A DNA stretch of 64,000 bases from an uncultured Nitrososphaeraceae archaeon (GCA_963765895.1 CAVXZB010000023.1:237879-301878); one strand, 5' to 3'. Positions 23,391 through 36,752 are shown, numbered from the stretch's first letter. Notes: generated by a model not told the origin, from the letters alone. Numbers and translations: made by a program.

Positions 23391-24776
23391 CTATAGATTG
23401 TCTTGTCCATAATTTCGCATTATGTTTGCTATGCATTTAGTAGCTTTATTAATCAAATCCAATCTAGCGAATTCATTAGGTGAATGAGATCGATTGTATT
23501 TGTAGGATCCGCCTATGCAAATACATGGTGCACCGAGTATTTTCTTAAAATGATACATTGGACCCGAGCCCGCAGAAGAGACGCTAATCACTGCTTTTCC
23601 AAAGGTTTCAGTCGCAGCGCTTTTAACTGACTTTACAAATGGATCGTTTATTGATGTCCGAGCAGGCTTTACGCCATCAATCATTTTCAATTCTATGGAG
23701 TTTTCAAATCCCTTTTCTACAAGATGGTCCTGAAGGCGAGCAAATTGTTTCTCAGGATCCATATCTGGGACTAGTCTAAATTCTAGCCTCGCGATTGCCT
23801 TGGCAGGCAATACTGTCTTGCTGCCTTTACCAGTATAACCAGATGATAAGCCACAGATATTGCAAGTGGGCCTCTCAATCAGAGCCTTTTGGGGTTCAAC
23901 TCCATCTAAGTTATTGACAAATTTCTTTACTCCATATTCCTTCTTAAAATCATCTTTATCAAATGGTTCATTTTCTATAGCGTGAATTTCCTCTTCCGTC
24001 GTATTCTTTATGTCTCTGTACCATTCATTGATCAAAATCCTTTCGTTTTTATCACTGATCGTGCCTAAGGCCCGCACTAATATCCACGCAGGGTTTTCCA
24101 CCAAGACTGCCAAACTAGAATGAATGTCATGAGATGGACCTCTTGCGATCAGATCTACAGACAATATTCCCTTTAGTCCCAAATGTATAACTGCCCTATC
24201 CTTGGAGTCTACGAGACCAAATTCCCAGATTATTCCATCGCAAGCAAATTTCTTCTCGTATTTGAAAAGAAATTCTTGAATATGCAAACTTCCTATCTCC
24301 TCTTCTCCCTCAACAATAAATTTTATGTTACATGGAACATCTCCTGTCTCTTTCAAATAATATTCGACAGCCTTAATTCGAGTAATTAACTCCCCTTTAT
24401 CATCGGATGAACCACGGCCAAAAATGTAATTGCCGTCAATATCGCCACTGAATGGATCTACATTATTCCATAGATCTACAGGTCCTTCTGGCTGGACGTC
24501 ATAATGATTGTAAAATAATATAGTCTTGCCTAATGGATTTGATCGTGATTTAACCTCACCAAAGACTATAGGAGGTATATCATCCTCTCCTTGATCATTT
24601 AGATAAATTAGCTCAGTTTTGATATTAGCTTTAGTCATAGTTGCTGCCACAAGCTGTGCACATCGGACAAGATTTTGTTTATTTGAAGCACTGCTTGGCT
24701 GTCTAATCAGAGTCTGAAGATCAAGTACAATATCATGCATATTGGAATCGATGGCACAATTTACCTTCATGATCAT
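23391..24776 (-). CDS. M20/M25/M40 family metallo-hydrolase (ArgE/DapE-like)
   Basis: YNHYDVQP, GRGSSDDKG, GEEEIGS, HSPNE. Confidence 0.92.
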   Translation of the reverse strand: MIMKVNCAIDSNMHDIVLDLQTLIRQPSSASNKQNLVRCAQLVAATMTKANIKTELIYLNDQGEDDIPPIVFGEVKSRSNPLGKTILFYNHYDVQPEGPVDLWNNVDPFSGDIDGNYIFGRGSSDDKGELITRIKAVEYYLKETGDVPCNIKFIVEGEEEIGSLHIQEFLFKYEKKFACDGIIWEFGLVDSKDRAVIHLGLKGILSVDLIARGPSHDIHSSLAVLVENPAWILVRALGTISDKNERILINEWYRDIKNTTEEEIHAIENEPFDKDDFKKEYGVKKFVNNLDGVEPQKALIERPTCNICGLSSGYTGKGSKTVLPAKAIARLEFRLVPDMDPEKQFARLQDHLVEKGFENSIELKMIDGVKPARTSINDPFVKSVKSAATETFGKAVISVSSAGSGPMYHFKKILGAPCICIGGSYKYNRSHSPNEFARLDLINKATKCIANIMRNYGQDNL

Positions 24777-24888
24777 TTATCGCTTATTTAACGTAACAAG
24801 ATGTAATAATATTTTCCAATAATCTTTGCGTTTAGGGTATTTCTTCAATATTACAAATAATCAATAAATACGTGCGAATGCTCTCACT

Positions 24889-25407
24889 ATGTGAACTGAT
24901 ATAGAGCATAACATTATTATTTATTCAAATATTGTAGATCTAGTTGATATTTTTATAAATTATTGCAAGTGTGCAATCTCTTCAAATGAAATTATTCTGA
25001 TTTTAACGCATTACATTTCTGCGGCCAGGATATCAGAAATTTTGAAGAATAATATCGACGCTTTAGAGTCATATAAGGCAGATGGTTCAATCGTGATCGT
25101 GGATTCGAGAAGAGCATATTTTGGCCTGAAAAATGATTTTGTAGGGATAATGATAATGCTAAAAATGCTTCTCAGACGTAGAACTAAATTATCTAAAGAT
25201 GGAATAATAGTGATCTCCGACATGGGAAATTTCTTCCATCCTGTTTTGAGGATTCATGAGCTTTTCAAACATGAAGAGGAAATATCTTCCGCTGGATCTT
25301 TGCCGTTTAAGTTTTATTGCAGTTATACTACGTTTCATTTGAATTCCTTTAGCAAAGTACAAAAGCAAGAACTATTGCAAAAACATGATAGACTTGTTAA
25401 TCTATGA
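24889..25407 (+). pseudogene. MEDS-like sensory-domain protein with disrupted 5' end
   Basis: The frame of ORF 25042..25407 stays open upstream to 24895 (EHNIIIYSN..), preceded by ATG TGA; contains SDMG.FF and FYCSY. Confidence 0.5.
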
Positions 25408-25639
25408 GGCACGGTTTGTAGATACATTAATAGAGCGAAATAACCGTAATTTAATAGCATGCGATTGTCTCTTATCAGATATCGGCTTATGCGGATGAGA
25501 AGGATAACTAAGAACAAGCTTTTCCTGATCGTTAGGTCTCTGGTATTTTTCTACCTTAGCATCAAAATTAAGCTTGGATGGGTTTAGATAAACAATATCT
25601 ACCAATGTTATAGTTTAAGCCAACACTAATAAAATATAA

Positions 25640-25936
25640 TCATGGCCTATACCAATTTGAAAAGTTGCTTTCTTCTGATCTATTTCTCGACCAAATCCGT
25701 TGTTTCCATAAATATTTTATCAGGAGGAAATGCTTTGCAATAAATCCAAGAGATATCGAAATCGCACCTCCCACAAGAAATCGTAAGCCGATAATTTTGA
25801 ATCCATCAGCCTCCTCCCTAAAAGATATAAAACTAATTCCTATAAGGATACAAACTATTCCAAAGGCCAGAATTATTATGCCCGCTATCAAGAAGGGTTT
25901 AAACAGCATGACTGACTCGTTATTAGATTTAGTCAT
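25640..25936 (-). CDS. Small two-TM membrane protein
   Basis: Two clear hydrophobic helices. Confidence 0.55.
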   Translation of the reverse strand: MTKSNNESVMLFKPFLIAGIIILAFGIVCILIGISFISFREEADGFKIIGLRFLVGGAISISLGFIAKHFLLIKYLWKQRIWSRNRSEESNFSNWYRP

Positions 25937-27034
25937 TGGCCCAACAGTAGTAATATGACTCGACTAATTAAGTTATTTAGATAATAATCTTCTCGGCTGA
26001 ACAGACTACGATCAAGCACTGATAATTTAGATTTCTTTTCAGTATGAAATTGGTATCACATAAATGTCAAAATGTCGACATTCTTAAAATATCCGATTAA
26101 ACAAACTAAACAATGTCTATTTCAACCACCAATTCGTTGGTTGATCAAATAGATTTTATAAATCCAGTGGTTTTTCTCACTGGAAGGGTTAGAATATGTC
26201 AGCTGAGCACTAGCATAGTAGCGTGTGAATTGAAATAATTCAAATTAGTCTTATGGCTATTATGAGATGAGAATATAATATATCTATCAGTATAGCTATC
26301 GTTTGGCTAAATATTCCATAAGGCTCCAATTTAGCAATTATCGACAGTATAAAACCAACAAATGCTAGAATTTGTCTGCTCGTCCTCATAGGTCAACAAC
26401 AAAATTGACAAAGCCGACCAATTTTGCTCGCAAATTATCATATTATCCTTTGATTGGGCAAGTAAATATCGGATCCCTCAAGTTTTACATGCCTCACTTT
26501 TAGAGGCAGTTGATCCCTTTATGAGTCTCCCATGATACCCTTGATCGCATTCACTGCAGTCGCTGCAGAATTAGCTGCAATATGATCCCCGATCATAGAA
26601 AGAGTAATTAAGATTTAATTAAGATTAACATAACTAGATATGCACTGTTTAATCTAAGTCGAGAGGGATTAACTACATGACATGATTAAAAATATTTCAC
26701 TTGCAAATTCCTTCATTAAATAGTGAACCTCTTTAATACGAGGTCGACTTTAATATCTGCTGAGTTCTAAGGACGTGATTCTCGAAATTAGTGTGAACTC
26801 AATTTAATTTCCGAAACTTGAATTAAATCTTTTGGTGTTTGCTTGCTCCAACTCTCACGTATTTAATGAATTATTTCGATATTGCTCATTATGAGTATCT
26901 TCAGGAGGCCTGGTTGATGAATTCCAAGTTGTGCTTACCCCTTAATACGCAAACGACAGCCACGATAATTCTCAAATGCCAAAAGCGATATGGGAATAGA
27001 GTGTGAAGATCAACGAATTGACCAAATTTTAAAT

Positions 27035-27325
27035 TCAGATATTTTCAGACTGATTCTCTTTCTTATCTGCTTTTCCAGAGTAATAATCCCTGAACTCCTG
27101 GGAAAAGTTGGCAGTCTCCGCGATACTGAGCTGGTTGTTTGTGTGTTCTTCCTTAATCCAAATAATATTTCCATCAAGATCAATCTCTATTTTTTTCGAA
27201 TTCTTCAGGTATCTCAAAATTGCGTTAATCATATGTAGGTTAAGTCTTGGGGCTAACAGTTTTTGTAAATTTCTAACCTTAGGATACCCATCTACCTTTC
27301 TCAAGGTGGCTATAAACAGGTCCAA
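27035..27325 (-). CDS. Winged-helix-like small protein
   Basis: INAILRYLKNSKKIEIDLDGNIIW resembles a recognition helix plus wing; the frame is open ~24 codons further upstream. Confidence 0.55.
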   Translation of the reverse strand: MDLFIATLRKVDGYPKVRNLQKLLAPRLNLHMINAILRYLKNSKKIEIDLDGNIIWIKEEHTNNQLSIAETANFSQEFRDYYSGKADKKENQSENI

Positions 27326-27785
27326 GTGTTCATCTTTAAATTCTACTGGGGATATAGTTTTATTTTTTCTTCCCTTATTTTTCAGTTTAAATCGTAATCA
27401 CCACGTACTAAGTAGGAGCAACTTCGGTTGCAAATATATTAAATGAAGTCTCTCATATTAACTAATAACTACTACAATTATGCATCTTTACTTCGATATA
27501 GTCGCCGTTTAAGTTGTTGACCATATCTTGCTTTGATGAATATAGCACCATTTAGAGATTAGAACTAAGATAGTATGGATTCCGACTAGTATGACCTCTT
27601 GCAGTGGTGTAGCTAAACTTAAATCTACCTTCAGATAGGATTGGTCCATTCACTATACTCAAACACCTGAGAGAGACGTAATAATCCAATAATCAAGAAT
27701 AAGCTTTGAGAGTTATCATATACCTAAATTCGACTAAAGTAAAATTTCCATAAAATAGCTGTATTATCACAACACGATTAAAAAA

Positions 27786-28170
27786 TTATTTAGATTCGGA
27801 GACTATGTCACCATCGATGTGCTCAACAAAATATGTTGTGCCATCTTTCTTATTTTGAACTTTCCACGCAAAATAGTTTCCCCCACTAATCGTGGAAGCT
27901 GCGGTACCTAGATATTGTCCTATAGAATTCGAGTTTGCGTTAGATTCATAAAATTCACCATTTCCCTTAATATAGACATAACCCACCGCAAAATCTTTTG
28001 GACTAAGATGCATTGAATTCTTTTGGGCGAGAACTATAGAAATGGCAACTTCTGGCGGAATGGGAATTCGGTTGATAGTCGGCTGATCAAGTGAACCCGT
28101 TAAAGCCATATAAACTATGATACGTTGCACCAATTCCTATTCCAAGAGATAGGATCACTTTTTTATCCAA
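27786..28170 (-). CDS. Membrane-anchored hypothetical protein with PepSY-like C-terminus (+1 indel ~28122)
   Basis: TTG at 28170 gives MDKKVILSLGIGIGAT, which joins IIVYMALTG after removing one base; YFAWKV...TYFVE..DG.IV. Confidence 0.55.
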
Positions 28171-28859
28171 TCTTAACTATTCTTGTAGAATATTCAAATA
28201 TAAACCTAAAATTTATTCACGTTCGAAACATAATCCCAACATTCTTCTCCTACCAATTAAGAGATGCAGGTGCTTGCATAATGGAAGTAATTGAGGACTA
28301 ATCGATCAGTACCTACTCACACTTCGTCAATTTAACTGTTTAATTCAATCGTTTTGAGCAGGATAGGAGATAGTGAGTATCACACTCGGGCCTGACTTGT
28401 AATACGGAATGTACAAGACTCCCTTTCACCATCATTAAATACATATGTAACGTCCCGCGAATATCGAATAATGCCACTCTTAAGCGATACCATAATGCGT
28501 AGCAACAATATAATTCACGCGCTGGAGATTGATAGGATCCACGATGCATAATTTTTTGGCATACTACGATTTGCCATTAATGTACTAATGATACCTAACA
28601 GAATAATACCGCTAAATATGATTAATAGAACTTATTATTTTTTGATAGACTTTGTCCTGAATATATCCAAATTTGTGTTCGTAACTTTTCTTCCAGAATC
28701 TTAAAGCTCAAGTCCAGTTGATTTATTTTATCATTCTACTTGAAGACATATTATGTATCTTCTATTATTTTGGTGGAATTCGAATATTTGTTTAGCTGTA
28801 AAACATAAAAGTGATTTTGCTCAACCAATATGAATATCGTAGTGGAGATCTATATTCTA

Positions 28860-29885
28860 TTAAGAGTATTCCGTGTTTGTGAAGCCATCGCTATTTACAC
28901 TAGTTCTAATGTATTTCCGTGCGATTCCATTCATAGTGAGCCAAACGCCGGCTCCTATGCACAATCCTATGATGAATGTTCTAGTAAATTCGTAAATCGG
29001 TTTTTGGATTGTATCAATATAATTGCTATTTCGAATAGCATTGTTACTCACAACTTGAAGACTATCTGAATTCAACAAAATTGATGACCCTTCATACATG
29101 GAGTCTCCTGCATATTTTAACTGGAGATTCCTCGGACTGTTATTATTATTCATCGAATTACCATTTGTTATATATTGTTGAATCGGAATTACTGCTTTGC
29201 CACTATGATTCGTGATGGCTGTGGTTCTTTTCCCGTTTATTGCATCTACTAATTGTATTAGAGATTTCGAAATCCCATTATTAAGATCCTCTTTATCAAC
29301 AAGGGTTGTTGACAGAAAACCATCACTTTTATTCATAATATTTGGACCAATATTCCTATCAGCGGAAATGACAGTGCCATGTCGCTGTACTTCAATTGCG
29401 TATGTTTCACTATGTATGTTATGACTAGTCTCGAGACTGCCCGCTTCATATATATTCAGGTTATTCGTGCTTCTTAAGAATGCCGTCAATTTTTGAGGAT
29501 TAGAACTGCTCGCTGAAGCAGTGTAGACATGATACACAGGTCCCCATTTTCCATCACTTGAAGTTATTGGAATGCCAAGAGATTGAATACCATCTCCCCA
29601 GTCAACATCTATTTGATAATCTCTTGAATGAGCATGCTCCGTTACGCCTATCACTCCGACCTCATCGGTTCCCCACCTTGGTGAGGTATTAGCAATGAGG
29701 GCAATCGTTATAGACGGGACGCTCTTTGCTGAAACTTCTATTACCCCATTTACAAGGTATTCCAAAACGAGCAGAGAAAAACCGAATAATAAGATAACTA
29801 TTACCTTATTCGGTAGTATCTGTTTCACATGCAAAAGGCGCGAAGCAAGCATTGCTAGTCGTCTTACTCGTAAGATCTCCTTCAC
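28860..29885 (-). CDS. Surface protein with PKD/Ig-like domains and C-terminal TM
   Basis: VDWGDG..HVY (PKD-like), T...G.A and YAGDSMYEGS (Ig-like), hydrophobic ends. Confidence 0.65.
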   Translation of the reverse strand: MKEILRVRRLAMLASRLLHVKQILPNKVIVILLFGFSLLVLEYLVNGVIEVSAKSVPSITIALIANTSPRWGTDEVGVIGVTEHAHSRDYQIDVDWGDGIQSLGIPITSSDGKWGPVYHVYTASASSSNPQKLTAFLRSTNNLNIYEAGSLETSHNIHSETYAIEVQRHGTVISADRNIGPNIMNKSDGFLSTTLVDKEDLNNGISKSLIQLVDAINGKRTTAITNHSGKAVIPIQQYITNGNSMNNNNSPRNLQLKYAGDSMYEGSSILLNSDSLQVVSNNAIRNSNYIDTIQKPIYEFTRTFIIGLCIGAGVWLTMNGIARKYIRTSVNSDGFTNTEYS

Positions 29886-30196
29886 GGATGATAAATAAGA
29901 TTGGTTTCTATTTTGCTTAGCTATTATTTGTCTATGAATTATTTACATCGTTAATGAGAGAAAATTAATGCTAATCATAAACCGGAACGGAGACATAACC
30001 GAATAGTATCTTTCAGTAAACCAGTTTGGATTAACCTTTACCTCTGACTTTGTAAATGTAATCTTAAATCTAGTCAATATCCATCAGGGTTCTTTTAAAA
30101 AAATAACCTGAAATTCGCCTTCTATGCTTTATTCCACTAAGAAAAGGATATAACTAAAATTGTTTGCCTCGAAAAGAGGCAAAATGATATAAGTGT

Positions 30197-30700
30197 TTGG
30201 ATTTAGCTAGATTTTCAAACTGCCTAACATCATTTCAATCCTTGTGTTACTTTTTTGCAGTCCTAATAGTGAACCCAAAAGCAGACGCTGAAAACTATAT
30301 TCAATTAGTACCGGCTAAAACTGGCTCATTAGTAGACCAAGCTGGCAGACAGAATATTCTAGGAGTTGTAGCTAATATTGGACTGACGCCAGTTACAACC
30401 AATAGAGTCTTGTTGTAAAAGACAGAAACGATAGAGTACATATGAAATATTAATACAAATGACGTAAAAGAATAGGCAGCTGCTCACGGCAATAAGAGAG
30501 CACCGATTGACTGTTATGAGCCTCGTCATACTTATAATTAAGCTCGATGAATAAGTGGCATTAGGGCCATGCCTGATACGAGAGTGGCCACGATTATTAG
30601 ACATTGTAGTTGCTAGGCCATTGATCTCCCCAGATATGAATTACCTCATATATGGAAATACAAATTTACCTGATAGGAGTTACATGGGATAGTTTGAAGT
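30197..30700 (+). pseudogene. Degraded secreted protein gene
   Basis: Signal-like start and NILGVVANIGLTPV, then stops in all frames. Confidence 0.3.
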
Positions 30701-30989
30701 TATAATCAAGTCGAACTAGGCTACTGATATCCTAGTCCTAGCAAGATGCGCTATAATGGCGATAAATACGAAAAGGAGTAACCGTCAAAGTTTCTAGATT
30801 AAGACAATATATATGAACTCTTCATTTCAGCAGGAGATCACAAAATATAGATTAGGAATTAATAATTTGACATAAATTGAATCATGATATCATTGTCATT
30901 AAAACACTCTAGATAGTAAAGCCTCTCGGGATATTGAATTACAAGTACTAAACGATATATAAAATAACCACATAAGTATTCATCCCTTT

Positions 30990-31589
30990 ATGCGGTTAAA
31001 GATATTGGGCGTAGGCGGCAGCACGCGAGAAACTTCACGCAGTACGCTGGCATTAAAGATCATATTGGAGACTGCAAAGACACATGGTGCAGAATCGCGA
31101 CTGCTTGATTTGCGAAAACATCCTTTACCATTTTACGATCCTAATGGATACAATAATGATATCGAGAGACATGATATTCTAAGGATTACCGATGACGTGA
31201 ATTGGGCTGACGCTCTCATACTAGCATCTCCAGATTATCACGGTTCTATGTCAGGGACAATAAAGAATTTTCTCGATCATTTTTGGAGGGAATTTGCTGG
31301 CAAAACATTTACCTACGTCTGCACGTCACATGAAAGGGGCTTGACCGTCATGGATCAGATGCGGACAGCTGTTCGACAATGTTATGGATGGAGTATGCCA
31401 TACGGAGCGGCGATTAATGGTGACCATGATTTTGATGAAGACGGAAGCATTACAAATCCTGCTTTAGAGAGACGCCTGAGAATGCTCGCTCGAGACTTGG
31501 TTATTTACGGTAGAATAATAAGAGAACAATTTCAAAATGATCTAGATAGTAGCGAAGTTGCGACATTTGCGGCCCAGTATAGAAAGTAA
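30990..31589 (+). CDS. NADPH-dependent FMN reductase
   Basis: GSTR..S.S and SPDYHGSMSGTIKNFLD. Confidence 0.9.
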   Translation: MRLKILGVGGSTRETSRSTLALKIILETAKTHGAESRLLDLRKHPLPFYDPNGYNNDIERHDILRITDDVNWADALILASPDYHGSMSGTIKNFLDHFWREFAGKTFTYVCTSHERGLTVMDQMRTAVRQCYGWSMPYGAAINGDHDFDEDGSITNPALERRLRMLARDLVIYGRIIREQFQNDLDSSEVATFAAQYRK

Positions 31590-32034
31590 TATAGCACAAG
31601 ATTCAGATAATATGGTCGGGCACCTCTAGGGTTGTTTTCCTTTCAAGAACTGGTATAGCAAATTTCAGATTTTCTTCTAGGTTCGATTTATCTTATGCGG
31701 CCAGAGCAGATTCATAATCGAATATATATTCAATAAATATTCAATCAAAGATGACTTTTATGCCTACTAAAAAATCCCTCATATTATGAGTTGTTTTTGT
31801 ATTCGACATGTCAAAATCTAGATGCTATCTTTGGGAAAGGCGATACTCTTAATTTATTCACAGTTTATAACACTTTTCCACGTTGTACCATCACTTTGAT
31901 CTATTTCATGAGTTCAGCGACCATAATAATAATAATAGAAAGGACTTCTACTAGAAGACACTTAATTGCAACTTAATGAAGGATCACTCAGATTTGATGC
32001 TTTTTATACAGAATAATCATTAGAAGGTGTCAAG

Positions 32035-34174
32035 ATGGCTCTTCATCTAGACCGGAAGATATCTTCGCTGCTAATGTCTTTAGGATACCCTACATTATAC
32101 CCCCCTCAAGAATTAGCTATCTCAAAAGGAGTTTTAGAGGGTAAAAATTTACTCATTACAACTCCAACTGCTAGTGGTAAGACATTGGTGGCGTTAATGG
32201 CTGCAATCAAGACAATCGAGAAGGGATTAAGGGTGGCATACCTAACTCCATTACGAGCCTTAGGAGCGGAAAAATGCGCGGATTTTCAAGTTCTCAATAA
32301 TCTCGAAATATTCAATCGAAAGATTAAGGTTGAGTTAGCTAGTAGTGATTTCGATTCTCAGGGCAAAGAACTAGCTAATGCTGACATTATAATATTGACT
32401 AATGAAAAAATGGATTCGTTGATGAGACACAGGTCGGATTGGATATCAGAAGTAGGACTTTTTGTATTCGATGAAGTTCATCTCTTAGGTGATCGAGAGA
32501 GAGGCCCTGTGTTAGAAATGATATTAACTAAAATACGACAAGTCTATCCTCAAATTCAGCTCCTAGGTACTTAGTGCTACGGTCATTAATTCAGAGGACA
32601 TAGCTTCTTGGCTTGGGTGCGATTTGGTTGACAGTAAATGGAGACCTACGAAATTAGTGGAGGGCGTATATCAAAATGGAATCATTAAAATGAGTGACGG
32701 CAGCAATATAAAAATTAAATCCAATTGCGGATCTGCAATAGTCGATCTCGTCCATGATTCTATGGTGAACGGATATCAGACTTTAGTATTTACTGAAACT
32801 CGTAAATGTACTTCTTATCTTGCAAAGAAAGTAGAAGGAATTGTATTCAAAAGTTTAGATGAGAGCAGTAGAAAAATGGCATTAGAGGAGGCATCCAAGA
32901 TCCGTTCTCATGGAGAAGATACAGAAATTACATCGACTCTTTCCCAACTAATATCCAAGGGAGTAGCGTTTCATCACGCAGGTATCGGATCATCTAGTAG
33001 GAAAATCATAGAGGAGTCTTTCAAAAAAGGAATCATCAGAATTCTATTTACCACTCCTACACTCGCTGCCGGCGTGAATCTGCCGGCTAGACGAGTTATC
33101 TTGTCAAACTTCTTACGCTATGATTCAGATATTGGTAGTAGGATACCCATCAGTGTCTTAGAATATAAACAAATATCTGGCCGTGGAGGCAGACCAATGT
33201 ATGACAAAGACGGACAATCAATAATCATTGCTGGATCAAATTTCAATCGTGATGACATTTACGATCATTATATATTGGGTTCTCCAGAGCCTATTAGGTC
33301 ACAACTTGCCAATAATAGAATCATTAGAATACATGTTTTAAGTACCATAGTTATGTTTCCTGGAATAAAGAAAAATGAAGTTATAAATATCTTTCAAAAC
33401 ACGTTACTGGCACAATCTTGCAAGGAATCTACCTTGTCATCCAAAATCACTAATGCCTTGGATTATCTACAATCAGATGGATTGGTCAAAATGAGGAAGG
33501 AGAGATATATTGTAACAGAATTCGGAAAGAATATATCATTATTGTACGTAGATCCTTCTACAGGGATAGAGTTTAGAAAGGCTATCGAATCGATTAAAAA
33601 ACCCAGCAAAGAGAATCATACCTTGGGTTTTTTACATTTAATTACAAGTAGTATCGATTTTTATCCACGCCTTGCACTGAGAAATAACGATTATGACTCA
33701 CTGTCCGGAATTCTTTTGCGTAACACAAATCAACTTATCTTTCAGATTAATGAGTTCGAAAGTTCGAGAAGTCTATGGGCGCTCTATGAATGGATCAATG
33801 AGAGTAGCGACAGAAAACTGAGTGAGAGACTTGGAGTTGAACCGGGTGACATGTATAGAATTGTTGAGACAAGCGAATGGTTGGCTTATTCGTTATACAA
33901 AGTTGCAAAGATCGTTGGGCGCGAAGATTTGCTCAACGAATTATATAATTTAAGAATTAGAATAAAATATGGCATAAAAGAAGAGCTTATATCCATAATC
34001 CAATTCAGAGGGATAGGAAGGATCAAGGCCAGATCATTGTATAATGCTGGCATTAAGGACTCCACTATCTTAGCAAACACTCCAGAATCAAAGTTATCTA
34101 CGATTCCTAAGATCGGAATGGGACTAGCTAAGGTTTTGAAGAATAAATCAAAGGATACGATGCTTCCTGAGTAA
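32035..34174 (+). CDS. hel308: Ski2-like DNA helicase Hel308 (+1 frameshift ~32568)
   Basis: PTASGKT, DEVH, LSAT in the shifted frame, TPTLAAGVNLPARRV, QISGRGGRP and C-terminal HhH. Confidence 0.92.
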
Positions 34175-34283
34175 GGCCATTGAATCTTCAGAGTTTCTCT
34201 AAATAATCTAGACTAAAGTTTACTTATTATTCAATGTTGCAGTTATATAACAAATCTTTTGTATTAACAGGACTGATAGATAT

Positions 34284-35307
34284 TTGCTAAATCCCGCGGA
34301 CAATAGTACACTCATCCAAGCAATACTTGTCTCTTTCATCTCATTTCTGTTAGTTGTAGTTATGATGCCTAGAACAATCAGATCATTAATCTCTAAGGGA
34401 AAAATAGTAAAGGATTTCCATAAACCTGAATTGCCGCTCATACCTAGGCCGGCTGGACCCACATTGCTCATAGGGATCGCAACGTCGGAAATAATCTTAT
34501 TTTTGCTGACGTTCAACGTGAAAGTCATTGCGATTCTGCTAACTACAGTCCTAGGATTTATTATTGGCCTGATAGACGATAAGCGAGTAATGCCGGGATC
34601 ATTTAAGCCACTCGCGCTAATTTTAGCAGCTGTTCCCTTAATAGTTCTCGGAGCTTATGGTTCGCATCTGTATCTGATATTTGGCGCAGTCTTCATTCCC
34701 CTGTTATCCATCCCACTAATCTTAGTTATAATTCCTATTGTAGGAAACACAATTAATTCTATCGATGTATTAAATGGGGTCGCAAGTGGATTTGTAATTA
34801 TTTGTACTATACCTCTTCTAATAAGTATCGCGATATTTGGTAGTAATGACATGTTCGTGGCAGCCTCTACCACTACTATTTGGATCACTAGCTTTATACA
34901 AATTTCACAAGTATCCCAGCAAGATCTTTCCTGGTGATTCTGGAACTTTATTAATTGGGTCAATGTACGGTGCTATTGCTATTGCTGGAAGTTCAGAGGT
35001 GATAGGAGTTATATCGTTGCTACCCGCAGTTATGAACTCTTTCCTTTTTCTAGCTAGTGTGAAGAAAATAGTTGAACACAGACAAGTTAAGGCCAGGCCC
35101 ACTGTATTAATGGATGATTATAAATTGGCAGCATCAAAGGATAGGGATGCGCCTACTACTCTTTTAAGATTAATTCTTGCACGTGGACCTATGTCAGAAA
35201 AACAAATTGTTGGTCAGGTTTTTAAGTTAGGAATATTCTCGTCCATTTTAGCAGTGATCTCAATTATCATTCAATATTACTTTATTACTGGACTAATTCC
35301 CAAATGA
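34284..35307 (+). CDS. UDP-GlcNAc:dolichyl-phosphate GlcNAc-1-P transferase (MraY/GPT family), +1 frameshift ~34866
   Basis: IGLIDDK, NTINSIDVLNG and IFPGDSGT; polytopic membrane protein. Confidence 0.88.
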
Positions 35308-35537
35308 ATAATTCTGGACTTATGCTATTTATTACCTTAATGTGGATTATGATTCTCGCTGCTGCTGCATTTCTTGTGATGGTTGTAGCTCCTATGGAGT
35401 TTGTCCTGCTCCAAAACGGCGTCAACAGGGTGGTGATATCCATAATTCAAGCAGCTATTTCCATCATTGTGGTCATTATGTTAATACTTTTTCTAAGCAG
35501 GTTTAAGAAAATCTATGTAAAGCGAAATCTTATATAG
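35304..35537 (+). CDS. Small two-TM protein coupled to the GPT gene
   Basis: ATGA overlap with the upstream stop; two TM helices. Confidence 0.65.
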   Translation: MNNSGLMLFITLMWIMILAAAAFLVMVVAPMEFVLLQNGVNRVVISIIQAAISIIVVIMLILFLSRFKKIYVKRNLI

Positions 35538-35673
35538 AGGTAAAGTAATAGTCAGTCAAGAGCTATTTTTCTAAAATAAGAGACATCGGTATCTTCTGAT
35601 GTTCAATCCGATGGCTTGCAGATAACATTACTACTTGCTTACAATTTCATTCTATGTTCTACGCAGTTACTCT

Positions 35674-36576
35674 TTAAAAGAGCTGTTCTGGAGTCTTTTT
35701 TCTCTTTGATGGATAAGGATTATGATGAACATAGTCATTTAGAGATTTTATCATAATTCCCATCCTGTAGCTATTTGGCATCACATCAGTGATGACTGCA
35801 TTATCCTCGAGTACTTTCTTTGTAGATGGACCAACAACCGTAACGATAACAAAGTTATTTAACGATGATTTGAGGGATTGTCTTAAATTGTTTTTTTCTG
35901 CAATTATAAATAACTCTCTGACTGCGGGTGGACTTGTAAAGGTTATGGCATCAATAATCCTATTATTCAGGTCTTCTATAAGTTTGATGACCTTTGATTC
36001 ATCAGGAGGAAGACAGCTGAATCCCATCTCACGTAAGATTGTCGCACTTTCATTGTCAAGCTCATAGGAATATTTGTAGATTGTCAGCTCGAACGGTTCT
36101 GCCCCAGCCCTTCTAAGCTCATCTATAAAACATTTTGAGTAGGATCCATGCCATAGAATGCCTATCTTCTTGCCCATTATTCCGTATTCTTTTAGCAGAT
36201 TCAGGATTCCGTCTGTAGTATTTTCATATGGGATCAGTTTGGTATGGATACCATACTTTGCCAATACCGCTTGTGGTTTTGTGCTTCGAGCGATCAACGA
36301 TGTGGCTTTCAAAGCATCCCTCAATTTTTCTCCTAATCCGAGCTTCTTAGCAATAGTCATAAGAGAGTAGACGCCGGGGCCAGACATGAATATCAAGAAG
36401 TCAGGATGTTCGAAAATCTTGTCAATAAATTTCCTAATTTCTTCGATATCTCGTGTTGCATTTAGGCCTACTGTTGGTGCAAAGTATGGCTGGCCTCCAA
36501 ATGCCATTATCAATCGAGCCAGCTCAGAGGCTCTTCTACTAGCCGTAACGGCTACCGTTAAACCTTTCAATGACAT
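35674..36576 (-). CDS. hemD: Uroporphyrinogen-III synthase
   Basis: LKGLTVAVTASRRA, DAITFTSPPAV and VGPST. Confidence 0.85.
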   Translation of the reverse strand: MSLKGLTVAVTASRRASELARLIMAFGGQPYFAPTVGLNATRDIEEIRKFIDKIFEHPDFLIFMSGPGVYSLMTIAKKLGLGEKLRDALKATSLIARSTKPQAVLAKYGIHTKLIPYENTTDGILNLLKEYGIMGKKIGILWHGSYSKCFIDELRRAGAEPFELTIYKYSYELDNESATILREMGFSCLPPDESKVIKLIEDLNNRIIDAITFTSPPAVRELFIIAEKNNLRQSLKSSLNNFVIVTVVGPSTKKVLEDNAVITDVMPNSYRMGIMIKSLNDYVHHNPYPSKRKKTPEQLF

Positions 36577-36702
36577 ATGATATTATATTTAATAAGCATA
36601 TGTAGATAAATAAATAATAACATTAAATCAATGATTCAAATACGATCAACGTAATCTGCGATGTATGCTTTAGATAATATGACTATATGTATTGCCTTTC
36701 TG

Positions 36703-36752
36703 CACAAAGAGAAAAAAGAAAGTCTCAAATGCTTTCTTTTTTCTCTCCTGTG
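36703..36752. terminator. Imperfect A/T-tract hairpin between valS and hemD
   Basis: AGAGAAAAAAGAAA ... TTTCTTTTTCTCT inverted repeat with a one-base length difference. Confidence 0.4.
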